Positions 1 to 1,610 of a stretch of 1,610 nucleotides of DNA are shown piece by piece. The translations under genes and the position numbers were made by a program. Source of the DNA: Escherichia coli. GTDB lineage: Bacteria; Pseudomonadota; Gammaproteobacteria; Enterobacterales; Enterobacteriaceae. Within the stretch, counting starts at the first letter, position 1; each line of letters opens with the position of its first letter. The notes under the pieces were generated by a model. It did not search any database. It was given only the letters and a program-made list of their open reading frames with translations, and was not told the DNA's origin. The stretch lies in NCBI RefSeq assembly GCF_003334405.1, contig NZ_QOWM01000042.1. The stretch is one strand, 5' to 3'.

Positions 1-1610
1 ACGCTGGCGCGGCTGTGGGGGGCGCTGCCGCCGGATATCCGGTTAAGCCCGCATCTTTACCTGGCGACCAACAGCGCACAGGGGCCGTGGTGGATACTGG
101 GGTGGTCTGAGCGGGTGCCGGGTGCTGAGGACGTACTGCCAGCGCCGCTGCCGCCGTACCGGGTGCTTACCGGGATGGCGGACCGCTTCGGGCGGACGCT
201 GACGTACCGGCGTGAGGCCGCCGGTGACCTGGCCGGGGAAATCACCGGCGTGACGGACGGTGCCGGGCGGGAGTTCCGTCTGGTGCTGACCACGCAGGCG
301 CAGCGTGCGGAAGAGGCCCGCACCTCTTCGCTATCTTCTTCTGACAGTTCCCGCCCTCTCTCAGCCTCAGCGTTCCCCGACACACTGCCCGGTACCGAAT
401 ACGGCCCCGACAGGGGTATCCGCCTTTCGGCGGTGTGGCTGATGCACGACCCGGCATACCCGGAGAGCCTGCCCGCTGCGCCACTGGTGCGGTACACGTA
501 TACGGAAGCCGGTGAACTGCTGGCGGTATATGACCGCAGCAATACGCAGGTGCGCGCTTTCACGTATGACGCGCAGCACCCGGGCCGGATGGTGGCGCAC
601 CGTTACGCGGGAAGGCCGGAGATGCGCTACCGCTACGACGATACGGGGCGGGTGGTGGAGCAACTGAACCCGGCAGGGTTAAGCTACCGCTATCTTTATG
701 AGCAGGACCGCATCACCGTCACCGACAGCCTGAACCGGCGTGAGGTGCTGCATACAGAAGGCGGGGCCGGGCTGAAACGGGTGGTGAAAAAAGAACTGGC
801 GGACGGCAGCGTCACGCGCAGCGGGTATGACGCGGCAGGAAGGCTCACGGCGCAGACGGACGCGGCGGGACGGAGGACAGAGTACGGTCTGAATGTGGTG
901 TCCGGCGATATCACGGACATCACCACACCGGACGGGCGGGAGACGAAATTTTACTATAACGACGGGAACCAGCTGACGGCGGTGGTGTCCCCGGACGGGC
1001 TGGAGAGCCGCCGGGAATATGATGAACCGGGCAGGCTGGTATCGGAGACATCGCGCAGCGGGGAGACAGTACGCTACCGCTACGATGACGCGCACAGTGA
1101 GTTACCGGCGACGACAACGGATGCGACGGGCAGCACCCGGCAGATGACGTGGAGCCGCTACGGGCAGTTGCTGGCGTTCACTGACTGCTCGGGCTACCAG
1201 ACCCGCTATGAATACGACCGCTTCGGCCAGATGACGGCGGTTCACCGCGAGGAAGGTATCAGCCTTTACCGCCACTATGACAACCGTGGCCGGTTAACCT
1301 CGGTGAAAGACGCACAGGGCCGTGAAACGCGGTATGAATACAACGCCGCAGGCGACCTGACTGCCGTTATCACCCCGGACGGCAACCGGAGCGAGACACA
1401 GTACGATGCGTGGGGAAAGGCGGTCAGCACCACGCAGGGCGGGCTGACGCGCAGTATGGAGTACGATGCTGCCGGACGTGTCATCAGCCTGACCAACGAG
1501 AACGGCAGCCACAGCGTCTTCAGTTACGATGCGCTGGACCGGCTGGTACAGCAGGGCGGCTTTGACGGGCGGACGCAACGTTATCATTATGACCTGACCG
1601 GAAAACTCAC
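1..1610 (+). CDS. rhs: Rhs-family YD-repeat protein, conserved core region (partial at both ends; internal fragment of a much longer ORF)
   Basis: Seen in sequence: frame 1 (position 1 = first base of a codon) is open through 1608 with no stop codon; I translated it codon by codon. Translation includes ...RYRYDDTGRVVEQLNPAGLSYRYLYEQDRITVTD..., ...TRSGYDAAGRLTAQTDAAGRRTEYG..., ...VRYRYDDAHSELPATTTDATGST..., ...TRYEYDRFGQMTAVHREEGISLYRHYDNRGRLTSVKDAQGRETRYEYNAAGDLTAVITPDGNRSETQYDAWGKAVS...MEYDAAGRVISLTNENGSHSVFSYDALDRLVQQGGFDGRTQRYHYDLTGKL. Established knowledge: this YD/RHS repeat signature defines Rhs/teneurin/TcC-type shell proteins, and the sequence matches my recollection of the E. coli-type Rhs core. 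Family-level symbol only; the paralog letter cannot be assigned from the core. True start and stop are outside the window. Confidence 0.93.
322..378 (+). other. Ser-rich low-complexity segment (TSSLSSSDSSRPLSASAFP) within the CDS; likely flexible linker preceding the YD-repeat region
   Basis: Seen in sequence: codons 322-378 translate to TSSLSSSDSSRPLSASAFP. The DNA here is a pyrimidine-rich tract (cacctcttcgctatcttcttctgacagttcccgccctctctcagcctcag) with T/A-ending serine codons (TCT, TCA), unlike the G/C-ending codons elsewhere. The linker function is inference. Confidence 0.5.
487..1608 (+). repeat. Array of ~17 degenerate YD (RHS) repeats, conserved at protein level, within the Rhs core CDS
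   Basis: Seen in sequence: consecutive units at approx 487-552, 553-624, 625-684, 685-780, 814-876, 877-942, 943-1005, 1006-1068, 1069-1137, 1138-1200, 1201-1263, 1264-1326, 1327-1395, 1396-1455, 1456-1515, 1516-1575, 1576-1608+. Each has an aromatic-rich start (RYxYD / YxYD / EYD) followed by G(R/D/Q)(L/V/M)(T/I/V). Unit boundaries are approximate. At nucleotide level the units are diverged, apart from short shared codon strings such as cgctaccgctacga. Possible additional RHS-like unit upstream at ~181-290 (FGRTLTYRREAAGDLAGEITGVTDGAGREFRL). Confidence 0.75.

Noticed and set aside
175-177. In-frame ATG codons (e.g. 175-177, 589-591, 622-624) as a possible translation start for the plus-strand ORF
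   Set aside because: The frame is open and Rhs-like from position 1, and homology to the Rhs core as I recall it begins at the first codon, so the real start lies upstream of the window. These are internal methionines.
57-563. Minus-strand ORF (168 aa) from the six-frame track
   Set aside because: It is antisense to the strongly supported plus-strand Rhs CDS. The translation is Arg/Ser/Ala/Pro-rich low complexity with no recognisable motif, and it overlaps other minus-strand ORFs in different frames. This is the typical stop-depleted antisense frame of GC-rich coding DNA.
242-663. Minus-strand ORFs 242..484 (80 aa) and 367..663 (98 aa)
   Set aside because: They overlap each other and the 57..563 ORF in different frames and are entirely antisense to the YD-repeat CDS. 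The Arg/His/Pro-rich translations look like compositional artifacts, and no RBS-like context is evident.
679-1117. Minus-strand ORFs 679..1095 (138 aa), 696..926 (76 aa) and 920..1117 (65 aa)
   Set aside because: Same reasoning: mutually overlapping antisense frames within the Rhs core, with Arg/Pro/Ser-rich low-complexity products. The plus-strand frame carries the conserved repeat signature, so these are not independent genes.
1275-1587. Minus-strand ORFs 1275..1496 (73 aa) and 1294..1587 (97 aa)
   Set aside because: Antisense to canonical YD repeats on the plus strand; overlapping, low-complexity, no supporting motif. Rejected as spurious.
487-1608. Possible CRISPR array or nucleotide tandem repeat suggested by the regular periodicity
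   Set aside because: The periodicity is at the amino-acid level only (degenerate YD repeats). There are no near-identical 25-40 nt direct repeats separated by unique spacers, and the region is one continuous open reading frame.
1-1610. Promoters, terminators, tRNA/rRNA or insertion-sequence ends
   Set aside because: The entire window is inside one CDS. I found no inverted-repeat plus U-tract terminator, no tRNA-like structure, and no IS terminal inverted repeats or transposase-like translation, so none is reported.

Overview
The whole 1,610-nt window is an internal fragment of one long plus-strand coding sequence (frame 1, codons starting at position 1, no stop codon through 1608, open at both ends). 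Its translation is an Rhs-family YD-repeat protein: from about position 487 onward it is a run of degenerate ~20-23 aa repeats of the form xRYxYDxxGRL(T/I)xxxxxxG, and from memory it closely resembles the conserved core of enterobacterial Rhs elements (E. coli RhsA/B/C-like). I cannot assign a paralog or verify this by search. The DNA is GC-rich (about 63-68% on the lines I hand-counted) with strong G/C preference at codon third positions. That bias explains why all eight ORFs in the supplied track lie on the minus strand: they are stop-poor antisense frames, not genes. The real plus-strand ORF is missing from the track presumably because it has no in-window stop. I see no rRNA, tRNA, CRISPR array, insertion sequence, promoter or terminator. 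I do not see a previously undescribed system inside this window; it is the conserved, structural part of a well-known polymorphic-toxin family. Any novel part (variable C-terminal toxin tip and its immunity gene) would lie downstream of the 3' edge, and any secretion-targeting N-terminal domain upstream of the 5' edge.
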